Below, in pieces: positions 49,960 through 62,531 of a DNA stretch of 64,000 nucleotides (position 1 is its first letter; each line of letters opens with the position of its first letter). The position numbers and the translations under genes are program-made. Under the pieces are notes generated by a model, which saw only the letters and a list, made by a program, of their open reading frames with translations, was not told where the DNA came from and searched no databases. The stretch is from Parasitella parasitica NRRL 2501 (Eukaryota; Fungi; Mucoromycota), in assembly GCA_025201805.1 (NCBI GenBank), contig MU619383.1, forward strand, positions 3,861 to 67,860, given 5' to 3'.

Positions 49960-51834
49960 ATGAGTCGCATTCTTTTAAAACAATTCAACATTGTAGAAAG
50001 ACGTTCAGTTTCTACATTGATCTTTACTAACAAAAGAGTTTTGCAACAACCTATTCGTTCCTTGAGCAACATGTCAGCAAACAGACGCTTAGCTATTACA
50101 AAGAACTGGCTCTCGTCACCACATCAATTGAAAAGTGTAACGGATCTCACCAACATTATGCACGCAATAGGTTGCTCTTACTAACCGCATCTACTTTACT
50201 TGCTTAGATGTCAACTGTATCTTCTAGCGCAATTTCTGGAGTCGAAGCCACTCAAGTAATGATAGTAACAAGGAAATTCTGCAAACTGACATGATGATTG
50301 ACGCTTTCTACTGTCGTTTAGGCTGAAGTCCTTTCCAAAAGCAACTTGGCAGTGCGTGAGCTTGTCTTGAATCGCCCCAAAAAATTGAATGCTTTAAATT
50401 TGAACATGGTGCGTGCCATGACACCCGAACTTCAGGTAAGTCTTTTCACTGAGCCGTTGGAGCCGTTGGAGCCGTTGGAGCCGTTGGAGCCGTTTAACTC
50501 ATCATAGCGTATGTAGGCGTGGGAAAAATCTGATTTAGCTAAAATCATCTTACTGAAGAGCTGTGGTGGCAAAGGTTTTTGTGCAGGGGGTGATGTTAAA
50601 AGTATAGTGTCCTAGGCTGAAATTTTTTAACCCACACGTCAACTAATGCACTGATATTCATTTAGCTGTTGTCGACTTGGCTGAAGCTGGCGATCCAAAT
50701 GCCACAAAGTTCTTTGAAGATGAATACCAGTTGGATCATTTAATCGCTACCTTGGAGACACCTTTTGTCGCCATCATGGACGGCATTACCAGTAAGTGTT
50801 GGATGTGAGATAGGGTCTGCAAAGAGTTTGGTTTTGACAGGCTCTGAAAAATAGTGGGTGGTGGCGTTGGTTTGTCTGTTCACGCCCCCTTCCGTATTGC
50901 TACTGAAAAAACCTTGTTCGCTATGCCCGAAACTGCAATCGGGTTCTTGCCTGAAGTGGGTGGCTCCTTCTTCTTGTCTCGCTTGGATGGCCAATTGGGT
51001 GTTTATCTTGGTTTGACAGGTAAACGTCTCAAGGCCACCGATGTCTTGTATTCTGGAGTTGCCACTCATTTTGTGCCCTCATCTCGCATTCCTGCTCTCG
51101 AAGCTCGTTTATCCGAGCTTGACAATGCCACACACGATATTGTCAATCAGGCTATTGAGGAATTCTCGGCCGAATTAGATAACGAGCCTGCATTTTCCTT
51201 GTCTGGCGAGACCCGCAAAGTGATTGACCGCTGCTTCAAGTACGATACAGTTGGAGAAATCGTCGCCGCATTAGAAAAGGAGCCCGAGACCGAATTCACA
51301 AAGGAAACCCTTGGTATGTTAAAGAGCATGTCACCCACGTCTCTCAAGGTTACATTGCAGCAAATCCGTAACGGCGCTTCTTTGAGCTTTGCTCAATGTT
51401 TCAAGATGGAATATCATCTTGTGCAAAAGTTTTTGCAGGGTCATGATTTCAAGGAGGGCGTCAATGCTACTTTGGTTACTCGTAGCAAACCAAACTGGGT
51501 GCCTAATCAATTGAGCGATATTGATGATACAAAGATCAAACAAACTTATTTTGATGCTCCTTCTCCTTTGCGTTTGGAGATGTTGAACAGCCGTGATTTT
51601 AAGAAATATCCTCACCGTAAATACATGCTGCCTTCTGAAGAAGACATCAAGCGTGTTGTCACTGGAGAAGCTGCTGACGTCGGTAACTACGCATTAAACC
51701 GTAGACAAGTCCTTGATCATTTGCTTAGAGAACGCCAAGGCAAGCAAGGCCTCAAGCAAAAGGTCTTGGAAGTCCTGGACCGTAAAACAGTGGAAAACAA
51801 AAAGGATGGCGAAACTTTGAAATGGGTTTATTAA
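49960..51834 (+). CDS. EHD3: 3-hydroxyisobutyryl-CoA hydrolase, mitochondrial (multi-exon)
   Basis: [74 protein letters not shown]. Confidence 0.95.
50451..50494 (+). repeat. 9-bp intronic tandem repeat (GAGCCGTTG)x~5
   Basis: Directly visible inside an EHD3 intron. Confidence 0.95.
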
Positions 51835-51858
51835 AATAAAACTCTGCTTTTAATGTTT

Positions 51859-53245
51859 CTACGAACGATTTACAATCTCTTGTACCATTTCTAAAATGTC
51901 TTTTCCCTCATAGCCTAAAAGGCGTGCTGCGCCGATAAGCGCACTCAGGCTCTTCATAAATAACCCTCGTCCTGCTTCCTTGGTGGCTTCGTGTGTTGTA
52001 TTGGATAATTTACGTGCGGGTGATTGAGTACCTGACTCGGGATACGCACCAGGAAATTTGTTTTTGTTGGTATCATAGTCGTCGTTGCCCTGTTCCTCCT
52101 GTTCACCGATATTCACATCTTCTATACCTGATCTTAATCGAGATACTGCTTTAGGGAGAGGGTTGATTTGAGTCATTGGTTGTACAAAAGGACGGTTCGC
52201 ATTATTATTATTACTGCTATTTCGGTGTTGAGGGAGAGAAGTTTGAAGCATCTGTGTTAATTCGGACAAGGCGGCAGTATGAGCATCCATCAAATTGGGC
52301 ACGCTGGGCACAGTGAATAACGGATTATAAGATTGATCATACTCCTCATCCAATTCCTCCTGGTTACGCTCATCCGTCAGTGCACTTAAGGGCTGTAAAA
52401 TACGTCCACTTGCTCTAGTTTGGGCTGCTTCTTCTTTCTCATCACCAGGGCCGGGTGTTAGGGTTCCAGGATCTTTACTCCACCTTGTATAATATTCGTC
52501 TTCTGAATCATCCGAGTCTTTCAAATCAGCATTAAGGGGATGAGGTCTGCGAGAACTTGCTAGTTTTTGACTGCGACAAGAACCTTCATCAGAAGACCAA
52601 TCTCCCCAATAGTCTTCAGGAGCTTCCTTATTCTCTTTGGTGCTCTACGATTTTCAATTACATGTCAATTCAAAAAGAATGAGGATAGGCGCAAAACCAA
52701 TAACTTACACCAGGAGTTCCCGTACTAAACACTTTTTTGCTTCTTGTCACCTTTGTCAAAAAGATTCTCTCGGCGTCCTCAATAGTTCTCGACCAATTTG
52801 TGAATATATCCAGCCACTCTTCCTCGGTCAATTCCTTTGTATTGTAATACTTAATATCAGAAATATCTCCACCGCCTTCTTCTAGCGATAGAATCACCAC
52901 AAAATGATGCGAATCCTTCTCGGCAAACTCGATGAGAGCATGAAGCGTATTCGCATCCATTCGCTTGTAGTAGACTGGCTTTTGATACAATTCGTCGGCC
53001 ACAGATCCTTTGTTTGACCAAAGAGATTCAATCATACTGGGGCAATTGTCTTCTTGCCATTGAACTACCTTGTCCCATTCTTGGGGGTTGTTGTCGCTTG
53101 GTCCCAAAAGACGAACGCGTTGACGCAAGAGCTGTGAGGAGAGAGGCAGTAACCCTAAATAATGATGCTGTTGTCGGTGATCGAGCACTGTGTATGCAAC
53201 AGAACGAACAATATTTTCGTTGGCATAATCATCAATGGCTTCCAT
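51859..53245 (-). CDS. Hypothetical protein (2 exons; intron ~52645-52708)
   Basis: Two long ORFs joined by a GTAAG...TAG intron. Contains DYWGDW and DEYYTRW acidic-aromatic motifs. Confidence 0.78.
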
Positions 53246-53430
53246 TTTTTTTTTTTGCTTTCTTTTAATGGGAAAAAAAGAGAGCAAAAACAAAGCATTG
53301 GGTCGTGTGAGTGCTAAATAAGCAAGTCGGCTTTGAAATCATCCTTAAAAACATCCTGGGAGCACAGCATTTATCTTTCCTTGGAAAACACACAGACAAT
53401 TATCATGCCATGATTTTCAACCTAAAAAAA

Positions 53431-53440
53431 NNNNNNNNNN
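53431..53440. other. 10-N assembly gap inside a poly-A run
   Basis: Run of N. Confidence 1.
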
Positions 53441-53475
<35 letters not shown>

Positions 53476-53899
53476 ATTGATGTAGTTTTTCATTTGTATT
53501 CATAACAAAAAAGCTTCTTGGATATTCCATCAAGGCCTAAAGCTTTGTTGTACTTTATAATCTATAGGGCAGTTCTATGATTGCGCAAATAGTCATTTAG
53601 TGCAATGTGAAATTTGTTACAGACGATGATCGAACAGAGAAAGTTGGCTCTACCCACCGATAGTAGTAATATTTCACCTCAATACTTGGTACATTTCTCC
53701 GCAGTCGTCAAATTGTCTAAGGTTGGGCGTGCTTTAGAATAGCGAAAACACTGTTAAAGGCAGAGCAATCATTTGAGACTCACTGAGCAACTACGAAAAA
53801 TGACATTTACATGTACTATGGATTCAATTTTATTAAATAGATATTAAATTTAGGCTTTTATATATAGTATATATCATTTTTAATTACAATGGATCATTT

Positions 53900-54574
53900 T
53901 TAGATCTTTCCTATAAGCAATTCGCCGACAATAGCCTTTGCGGAAAGACGAATAGTGTGGAAAACGGAAACGACATCAAGAGTAGAAAAGATGGCATCAA
54001 AGAAACCAAAAGGCAACATGAGAGGAATCCAACCCTGGGCGTATTCAAGAGCCCAAGCATGTTCAGGGATCTTGTAATGTTGAGCCTCACCTCTAGCCAA
54101 ATGATGCATTTCTCCAGGCTTAAAGACGGTCCGTTTAAGATCACCAGCATAAGCAGCCCACTGTTCACCCTCAAGGATAATAAAGTAATCGTCGGCAAAG
54201 TAGCGTCCTGTGTGGCCTTCAGTGCCAATGGGAGTGCCAAAGATAATGACATATTCGGTGATGGACGCGTGTAAAATATACATGGCTCCCATGGCACCAC
54301 CAGCATTGTTGAACACCCATTCCTCTTTCAACTGGATGTGGCCAGGATACTCCTTGTCCAAGTCCTGTGCAATGTTGGTGATCATAGTGCGAGTATCGTT
54401 GCCGTACAGTGCCATGTTCTTTTGGGCAACTTGTTGAAGTACATTTTGATCAAAAATATACCAGCGTTCCTTGATTTGGTCTAGGCCCATAAAGACAGCA
54501 ATGCACAAAGTCATCACAAAAAGCAATCTTGTCCAGCAGCTCTTGCAGTTGGATCCTGATTCTGTTTTGCCCAT
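53900..54574 (-). CDS. ERG2: C-8 sterol isomerase
   Basis: EEWVFNNAGGAMGAMYILHASITEYVIIFGTPIGTEGHTGRYFADDYF, ALEYAQGWIPLMLPFG. Confidence 0.97.
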   Translation of the reverse strand: MGKTESGSNCKSCWTRLLFVMTLCIAVFMGLDQIKERWYIFDQNVLQQVAQKNMALYGNDTRTMITNIAQDLDKEYPGHIQLKEEWVFNNAGGAMGAMYILHASITEYVIIFGTPIGTEGHTGRYFADDYFIILEGEQWAAYAGDLKRTVFKPGEMHHLARGEAQHYKIPEHAWALEYAQGWIPLMLPFGFFDAIFSTLDVVSVFHTIRLSAKAIVGELLIGKI

Positions 54575-54765
54575 GCTGAATACCAGATGTAAGAAAAATT
54601 AGTGGTTGAAAATTTCAAAAAAAAAAAAAAAAACAATTTTTATACAGAAAGATTATACGCGGAGTTGTGGTTTCTGGTCTGCAAGTGCATCCGTTGCAAT
54701 GTCAGAAAAAAAGGGGCAAAATAATAATAAACGTTTATTTTGAAAATATATATGTATATGCTAGA

Positions 54766-57700
54766 TTATTTCTTTTTTGAGTTCATGATGGGCCCTCCTT
54801 GGACATTGGATTTCTTTGCCTTTGTCTTCTTTCGTGGAGCATTGGACCCTTTCTTCTCCTTTTCAGCCTTCAGGGCAGCTTCTTCTGCAGCCTTTTTCCT
54901 ATTCATGGCACCTTCATAGACATCTTTGGCCCATTTGGCAGCCTCTTCTGGAGTCATTGCTGTTGTAGGAATCACACGGTGATAACGAAGCGTGTTTGTC
55001 GCTATTTGGGACTCTTTCAAATAGGCTTGCTGCTTTAAAATAGCAATATGATTATCTGCCTCTGCTTCCTGACCTTGGTTATATCGGAAAGGTTGTTGTG
55101 TGTTACCTGCCACTTCGACATAGATGGTCAGCAATGTGGAATTCTGGGTTTGGCCACTGTTTTGGACCATTTCGGCTAATTCTGTCTCATGGGGTGGGAA
55201 ACGGATACAATCGATGTCGAGATCGGACTTTGTACAATCAGCGCGATACCATTTCTCTCCGCCATACGATAAATGAGACAATTGCGAGAATTTGACAATC
55301 GAAATCAACAGTAAGCCATACAACACGGTGCGTCTAGTAGTAGGCGATAAGCGAGTGGTACATGCTTCCAAAAACGCAGCGGCAAGTCCAATGCCATAGT
55401 AAATAGCTCCTAAAATGTCAGGCATTGCCGTAACATGATAGGGCAAAAATCGAAGACACAGAACTTGAATGACAGAAGCAGAATAAAAAAATGCAATAGA
55501 TCTTGTATAAAAGTCATTTATCAGCGTATCCATGCCTAAGCATAAAGCTCACGTTAGTGTCTTGTTCAATATATGTAGCTATACTACTTTACCTATAGAA
55601 TGGAGCCACATCAAATAGGAGGGCAGCTTGATTTGTCGCTGAACCAGAAAGGCATTGAGACCCAAGAAACCGAAATATGCCACCATGGTTGACAAAATCA
55701 GACGCTGTACAATTGGGTTGAGTACAAGATGAGCAGAGTAGCCGGCCAATTCACTCCAAATTCGAAGGCTTGCGCGTTGAAAGAACCATTTATTTGCATT
55801 TTCTTCTCTATAAAACTTGGGACTTGCAGTACCATCATTATGAGAACCAGTTTGTAAGCGATCATAGACAACAGATGAGTATTTTGCCATCAGTCTATGA
55901 ACCTCTTCAAACTTTTGCTTGGTTGAGATGTCACCATGAGAAATAGTTTGCATACCTTCCACTGTGAATAGCGTTAGTACATGTTGCACTTTATCTCAAG
56001 TTTTTTTCAAGTTTACATTGTTCATGGTAGGACGACTCTACAATCCAAGAAGAGACGTGCGACGCAGCACCAGCCATGCATGTTACTTCTTGATGATTTT
56101 CGCCGTTGGGAGGAGCAAAGTAGGTATTGTGGCTGATCAAAGCACAACCACGGACATGTATGAGGCGGAATCGTTGGTTGAGTGGTTTCCAAGTAATGTC
56201 CTTGTTTTTATCACCGAAATTATTATCATCTAATACTTTTAAAGTCCAGTAATCATGCGAATCCTGAATCAAGCGATCGCCATAGGCACTAGTTAATTCA
56301 TACATTTCGTCAGTCTTTGCCTACATGTCAAGTTCCAACTGTACTTACGTTACTTCGTTGTGCTCCTTTTTATTTGTCATTTGGGGTCGATGGTCATGAG
56401 AGTGCAGCTTGCGCGTAGATGCAAAATGTTCAAGGCGAATCTGATCCTGATTACGGACAAACTCAATAGGCTGAGATGAGTTCCATATTTGGTTGTTCTT
56501 GTGTACTGTCCAGATATTGTTGATATCGACATGAGGATACAACGTTACTTCCTGCTGGGTGCTTCCACCCGTGAATCTCTTTTTATGTGAGTGAAGGTAT
56601 CCACCAACAGTGCCTTCATGTCGAATGACTATCTGTGAGCCATAAGCAATGTCTACTTTGGTGTTAATTTATGTTTGTTGTTATTTTTACATCATTGTTT
56701 ATAGTTACGTACTCGGCTGGCTAGGTTCAAGTGTGTTGCCTTGTAAAGAATATTTGAGCCGTGAGCTAACAAGCAAATCGTGATCGCCAGCATTAGGGAC
56801 CATGTTGAAGTGAAATTGAAAGATGGCCAAATAAATGCACAGTGGCATTAGCACGGTAGACAATATGTTTACAGACATGTTTCTGAGAATCGCTTTGATG
56901 CTGTTGCGTTTCTCACCCAATCTGGTCCAAACTTCGTTCAAGATGGACATCCATATGACTGGAACCGTCATTATGCCTGTCCATTTGGAACTGACAGCAC
57001 AACCAATTGAGATACCAGAGATTAACTGCCAGAGTCCTGCCTGGATTGTGAGCCTTCCATGACTAGGATTAATGTGTGAGTAATAGATGAGATTTTTACA
57101 GCTCTTACACACCTTTCCTCAGTGTATTTGTTCACTAATGTCCATGAGTATGTTGCTAATGCACTAAAAAACAATACAAAAACCTCAGGCGTCGCATATC
57201 TTGATTGTGTCACAATGCCATTCTCTACACGCAACCGCCATTCCAACGAATACATTAATTAAACTTTCAAGCACTCACTCGCTGATTAAGAAAATTTACC
57301 AAATATTATCAATGCTGACGCCAGTGTTGCTGCTGCACGAGAATGGCCCATATTACGCATAGTCATATAAGACAACGGTACAAGAGACGCTCCCAAAAGC
57401 GCAGAAAATCTCCTCAGTGCTACAACGGGAAACTCTACAAATGGCCTATATTGGGTTGAGTAAAAAAAATCATTGACTGGTCCTTCAAAAATACACACTG
57501 TCCTGGATAACCTAATTCTTCAGAGCCGTAATAACCAGCAAGGCGCGCTAAGCCAGTCGACACCAGACCTGCCAAAGGAGGGAATTTGCCTATAAAGAAC
57601 TTGCCAGCCATATACCAATTAACTTGTTTTGTAGTTTCCAGCTCTATCTCCGTGATGTACGCAGGGAATCCCAATTTCATGATGCGCAAATAGAGGCCCA

Positions 57701-57860
57701 TCGATGAAATTACAACTAGACGCATTCGATCATGAATAGTATCCGTCAAACTTGCCTCTTTGTAAGCCACACCTTTCTTTTCATACTTTTCTTCATTGTC
57801 ATTGACAACAAATGGATCATCTGTTTTCTCTGCAGGTTTTCTGGATCGAACAGAAAACAT
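54766..57860 (-). CDS. Divergent protein O-mannosyltransferase (PMT/GT39)-like protein with MIR domains
   Basis: Multi-TM N-terminal region (PPLAGL, LRRFSALLG, ENGIVTQSR, SSKWTG), MIR repeats (GGYLHSH, QQEVTLYPH, RLEHFASTRKLHSHD, QEVTC). Catalytic loop is non-canonical. Confidence 0.88.
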
Positions 57861-58379
57861 TTTAAAACTAAAGAGAAAGAGAAAAGAGATTAATTCCAGT
57901 TGAAGGGTCTTGACCATACTTTTATGGGATATACATTTCTAAATAAAGTCTAATTTTATGCATTATTGTTTGCCATCAAAAATTTTAGAAAGTGTAGCTG
58001 GGCACTTGTTTTGCATTCTTCATTGCGTGTGATCTTTTTTTTTTTTTAATATAAACGATCGATTTGATCTGTGCATTTCTTTTTCAGCCTTAATCATACG
58101 TGTTATCTCCAGACAATTAATCATCAATACTAAAAGCAGCAGTGAAAACGACTTGATGTCAAAAGAGCGAATAAAAAAATACCGAATTACAATGCTGTGA
58201 TATATACCTGTAACTAATTACACCAACAATTAAAGAGTTATTTTCGTACATGAACATAAAGCTCTTTTACTACCAGCAGGTAGAAAGTAAAATGACTTTA
58301 TGTATAGGTATAAACCGTTGATTCAGTTAGAATAGTTTAATACTCTGTGTGTTTTTATTCGACAAGTACAAGATTTGTT

Positions 58380-58860
58380 CCTTGACATCCCAAGCAAACT
58401 TTCATTCCACAGCTTCATGCAATTCTAAATATCTCATCTATAAACAACTTTTACAAACTAACTCCGCAGTTGTGTCTTTAAGCTTAACAGACCTGCAGGT
58501 AGTATTTAGGACAATCAGAGAAAAAGATCTTTTCATACAAATTCATTCAAATTAAAATTGCTGTTTGCGGCCAGTTCTTTCAAGAACATGTATTTTGAAA
58601 AAGCAAATGTGTGAGTGATGACTGTATGAGTAGTATTCACTAGATTATACAATGGCTGCAAAATTCTGGTTTCCATATGTTTTTGATAGTTTTTTTTCAT
58701 TATCATCACCTTTTTTCTTGATTTTTCATCGAAGCTTTTCATTTTAGAACCAGGTTTGATAGCAGTAAAGTCAGAGTTGGAAGCAGTAACATTGGGTACA
58801 TTCATGAAACTATCAGATTGTTTAGTCTTGCTTGATTCACCTATCATTGGACCTTGAGCA
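58380..58860 (-). pseudogene. Probable second Fanzor relic (N-terminal part only)
   Basis: LYNLVNTTHTVITHTFAFSKYMFLKELAANSNFNLNEFV*KDLF resembles the N-terminus of Mucorales Fanzor-like repeat proteins as I recall it. No RuvC motifs visible. Confidence 0.5.
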
Positions 58861-59780
58861 TTGGTGTTATGAAAACCGATCTTGCTTGTGCCACCAATTT
58901 CGTCTTTGGCCCACTTTCCTGCTTTTTTTTACCTATGTAATGGGTGTTTAAAATGCTTTGACTCTTCAGCACTTATGAATATAATGTGATAACACATACT
59001 TCTTTTCTAAAGGTTACAGATGCTGAAAATCGTCGTCTGAATTGTCGGTTATAATTTTTCATATGTGTCTACCATCATATTTTCAATTTATGGTAAATAA
59101 CGTTTTGATCAGAAATTAAATATGTATCTTTACCGTTTCTGTTCTTAAAATACTCTTCTTCAAAGCAAGAAGTAGAAGTATCCTTCCGACTTCTCGTTAT
59201 CTGTATTTTCATAAGGGAATAGTCATTAATATTTTGTGTCCTTAGAAAACAAGCTAAAAACAAGACAAAAAATATTTATGGAGGATATGCAATGTAGATT
59301 CTAATAACGATAATATGTACTTTTGAATATGACCGACATCGACATTTAATTTTGAGGAAACATCATTTATTTCTTTTCCAATGGATGTTTATATTCCATT
59401 TGTTTTTTCAAAATGGACAAAATTAACAGCACTGTATAGCAAGCTGGGATCTCATCATGACCAATTGAAACTCGTCATACATCAAGCATTAGGTTCACCT
59501 TAGGACCATCCATGAATATCACCACCTGAATCATATACATTATACGTGCATCCTTTCTGATATAGCCAAAATATCGCGTAATGTAAGAATCGCCTTATGA
59601 ACAAGATATTTGATAAAGAAGTATAGCCTATTGAGTGTCTCGGCTTAGTTTGCTGGGCTTTCTGATCCCGCACACACATTTTTCTGTGTGCTTTCATGAA
59701 CCTCTCGCCTTTTGGATTCTTTATTAGTTTCTTTTTCTCTTGCTATTTCCCTATTTCTTTCTTTTATCCTTTCATATAAA

Positions 59781-60905
59781 ATGTCTACAGTTACAAGAAG
59801 AAGAGTTGGAGGACAAAGTAACAACTCGGACGATGACGCCCCGAGCGACTCTTCACAACAGCAACAACAACATAATAACAATAGCCCCATAGCTGATAAA
59901 AAAGTAGCTTACGATCCACGTGATATAGATGAAAGTAAATCTACACCTAAACTAACTCTTATGGAAGAAGTATTGCTATTAGGCTTGAAGGATAAACAGG
60001 TAAGATTGATTTTGGTATGCGAAACACGTGTTTCATATAACGTAAAAATAGGGCTATCTTTCATTTTGGAATGACAGTATAAGTTATGCCCTCCGTGGTT
60101 GTATTGTCATTGAACTGGCTCTGAGAGGTAGAATTGCCATGGTCAAAGATTCTAACCGTCGAAAGTACCCTTTGTGCGACAGATACATCGAGGTTATCAA
60201 CAACAATTTGACAGGTGAAGTTTTGCTGGATGAAGCTCTGAAAATGATGAAAATGAGTGAAAAAATGAGTGTATCCAGTTGGATTGATTTGATGAGTGGT
60301 GAGTATATATTTGTAACGGGCACAGGGACACACAGACACACACTAAAAGTGACGGATAGGCGAAACTTGGAATGTGATGAAAATCGGATATCAATTAAAG
60401 CAAGTTCGTGAACGATTGGCCAAGGGTTTAGTCGATAAAGGTGTATTGAGAACAGAAAAACGCAACTTTTTATTATTCGATATGGCTACTCATCCTGTAG
60501 CTGACCCTGCAGTTAAAGAAGAAATCATTAAGCGAGTTTGTACCATGTTAGTCACTAGAGTTTCGCCCGCTGCCGTAGATGCTCAATCGGATGTACCCCA
60601 CGCCTACGTTCGAACCGTTAGTATGATCTGTGCAGCCTATGCAGCCAATGTTCTGGAAAATGCTTTGCTCTATCTTCAGCCTGATTTAAGAGAACAAGCA
60701 TTCAACAAGGTGGATGAATTGATGAATGATTATTCTTCCTGGCCGTTCACTGGCAGTAATGGTAAAGTTGAAATACCCTCTGGAACTGATCTCTCATTGG
60801 AAGTTGTTGCAAGTGTTTTAAATGTGCTTGCAAAGATGGATGCTATTGTAGGTATTTGAGTGTTACCAATGATTCCTTGTACTAACATTTTTAATGTAGC
60901 TGTAA
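59781..60905 (+). CDS. VPS74: Golgi phosphoprotein 3 / Vps74
   Basis: TRRRV N-terminus, [76 protein letters not shown]. Probable final intron 60848-60899. Confidence 0.96.
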
Positions 60906-61989
60906 ATTTTTATCATCATCATATTCACTAAATTATCGTCATATACTACATTCCTAAAATCTTAATTGTCTTGTTTGTTTTCCTTTTTCTTCGACTGCTC
61001 TCTTCACTTCTGCTTTCGTCCTTCCACTCTCTCTTCTACCTTTTGCAGGCATTGATATGTGGAAAAAAAAGCAATAAAGATAAAAACGCATGCTATATAA
61101 ACAATTGTCAATTACCGTGTAATATCCATGCAGTGTCATATATGCTGGTCAAGAGTGCTGTCAGTGATTCATACCCCTCAACTATACGTTCTCTTTTTTT
61201 CTTTGGTCAATTTTAAAGTACGGATATAGGGTTCACAAAATACGGTATGCCATTACTGATGCTTTATTACGTTACACATCTAATTTAACATTATCTCTCT
61301 GTGCCATTTACCTGCAAGGGCAAAGTCTGTATCCAAAGTGATAATAACCAAAAATCAATATATAACGATTGTAATTGGTAAAATTATTAGATGATTTTCA
61401 TTGATAACACCTGATATCATTTTTGTCATAAATTACTCATCACTTGGATTATCATTTCGAAGTCGCTTTCATTTTTTCACTTCGTCGTAAACATTCCCTA
61501 TTTGACTACAATTGTATTAGAGAGCAAGTCAGGGCATTTTGTATACTTCTTTGATGCTACTATCATTGTCTTTTTTTTTTTTTCTTTTTGTAACTGGTAA
61601 TTACCGCATGCATGTGTAGGTTTTCGCCTATTAATTGAAGGTTGAATCTCATCTCAATTCCAATATTGACACTGACATTCAAATGGACCTTTAGAAACCA
61701 GGACCAAAGCAATCCTGGCTTCCTTTTCAATTTTTAATAAAGACCCTACGTTCTCCGTGATATAATCGCTTGTAGTCTCTTTATTTAATTGTCTTTGGAA
61801 ATAATCGTTATTCATATAACTCTCAGCATATGCCAAAATTATGTGCAAAAACGGTTATTTTACGAATATTTCCACAGAAATAACACTCGCACTTACATTT
61901 GCTCAATGAACGGCGTTAAATCGGATATTCATACAAACTTTTTAATTATTTAATTTTCGATTTAATGCAGTTATAGATATAAATTATTA

Positions 61990-62469
61990 CAGTAGCCGCT
62001 CGATTTAAGGCTACTTTTTTTGCAAGCTTTTTTTAGCCTTATATCGAACATAGCCTTATATCGTGCATGTGACTATTACTCTTAAAACAGTCACCGGCAT
62101 AGTTGATACGGTACTACAGCTATTAGATTAATTTGACACATGTCCAGTCAAATCCATTTACTTCTTTATTCTTAAAAAAGCATATTTTGACAAACAATTA
62201 TACTATGAGCATTAATCAACAATCAAGAGAGCGTCTCACTATCGAGCAAAAGTACGAAATCTGTAGCATAATGCTCAGTTTCCAACACAACACAAATTTA
62301 AATACCGTCAATTTACTGTAAAATAAGGCTAAAATTTCGAAATTTTTCAGCTTTATATCGAATAAGGCTAATAAGGCTAACTCCCTGCTTAAAAAAAAAA
62401 TTCACAAAAATTTTAGCCTTATATCGTGAATAGCCTTATATCGAACAGCCTTAAATCGAGCGGCTACTG
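61990..62469 (+). mobile_element. 480-bp pogo/Tigger-type MITE, copy 2 (inverted relative to copy 1)
   Basis: Same TIRs, TA flanks and length. Near-identical to the reverse complement of 48576-49055. Confidence 0.95.
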
Positions 62470-62531
62470 TATTGGCTTCTATTCGACACAAAGAATTGCT
62501 GGAAATGTAAATCATTCATTAGCATTATTAT

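Noticed and set aside
61400-61900. Possible MULE/SWIM transposase remnant on the minus strand
   Set aside because: Similarity too faint to support without a search.
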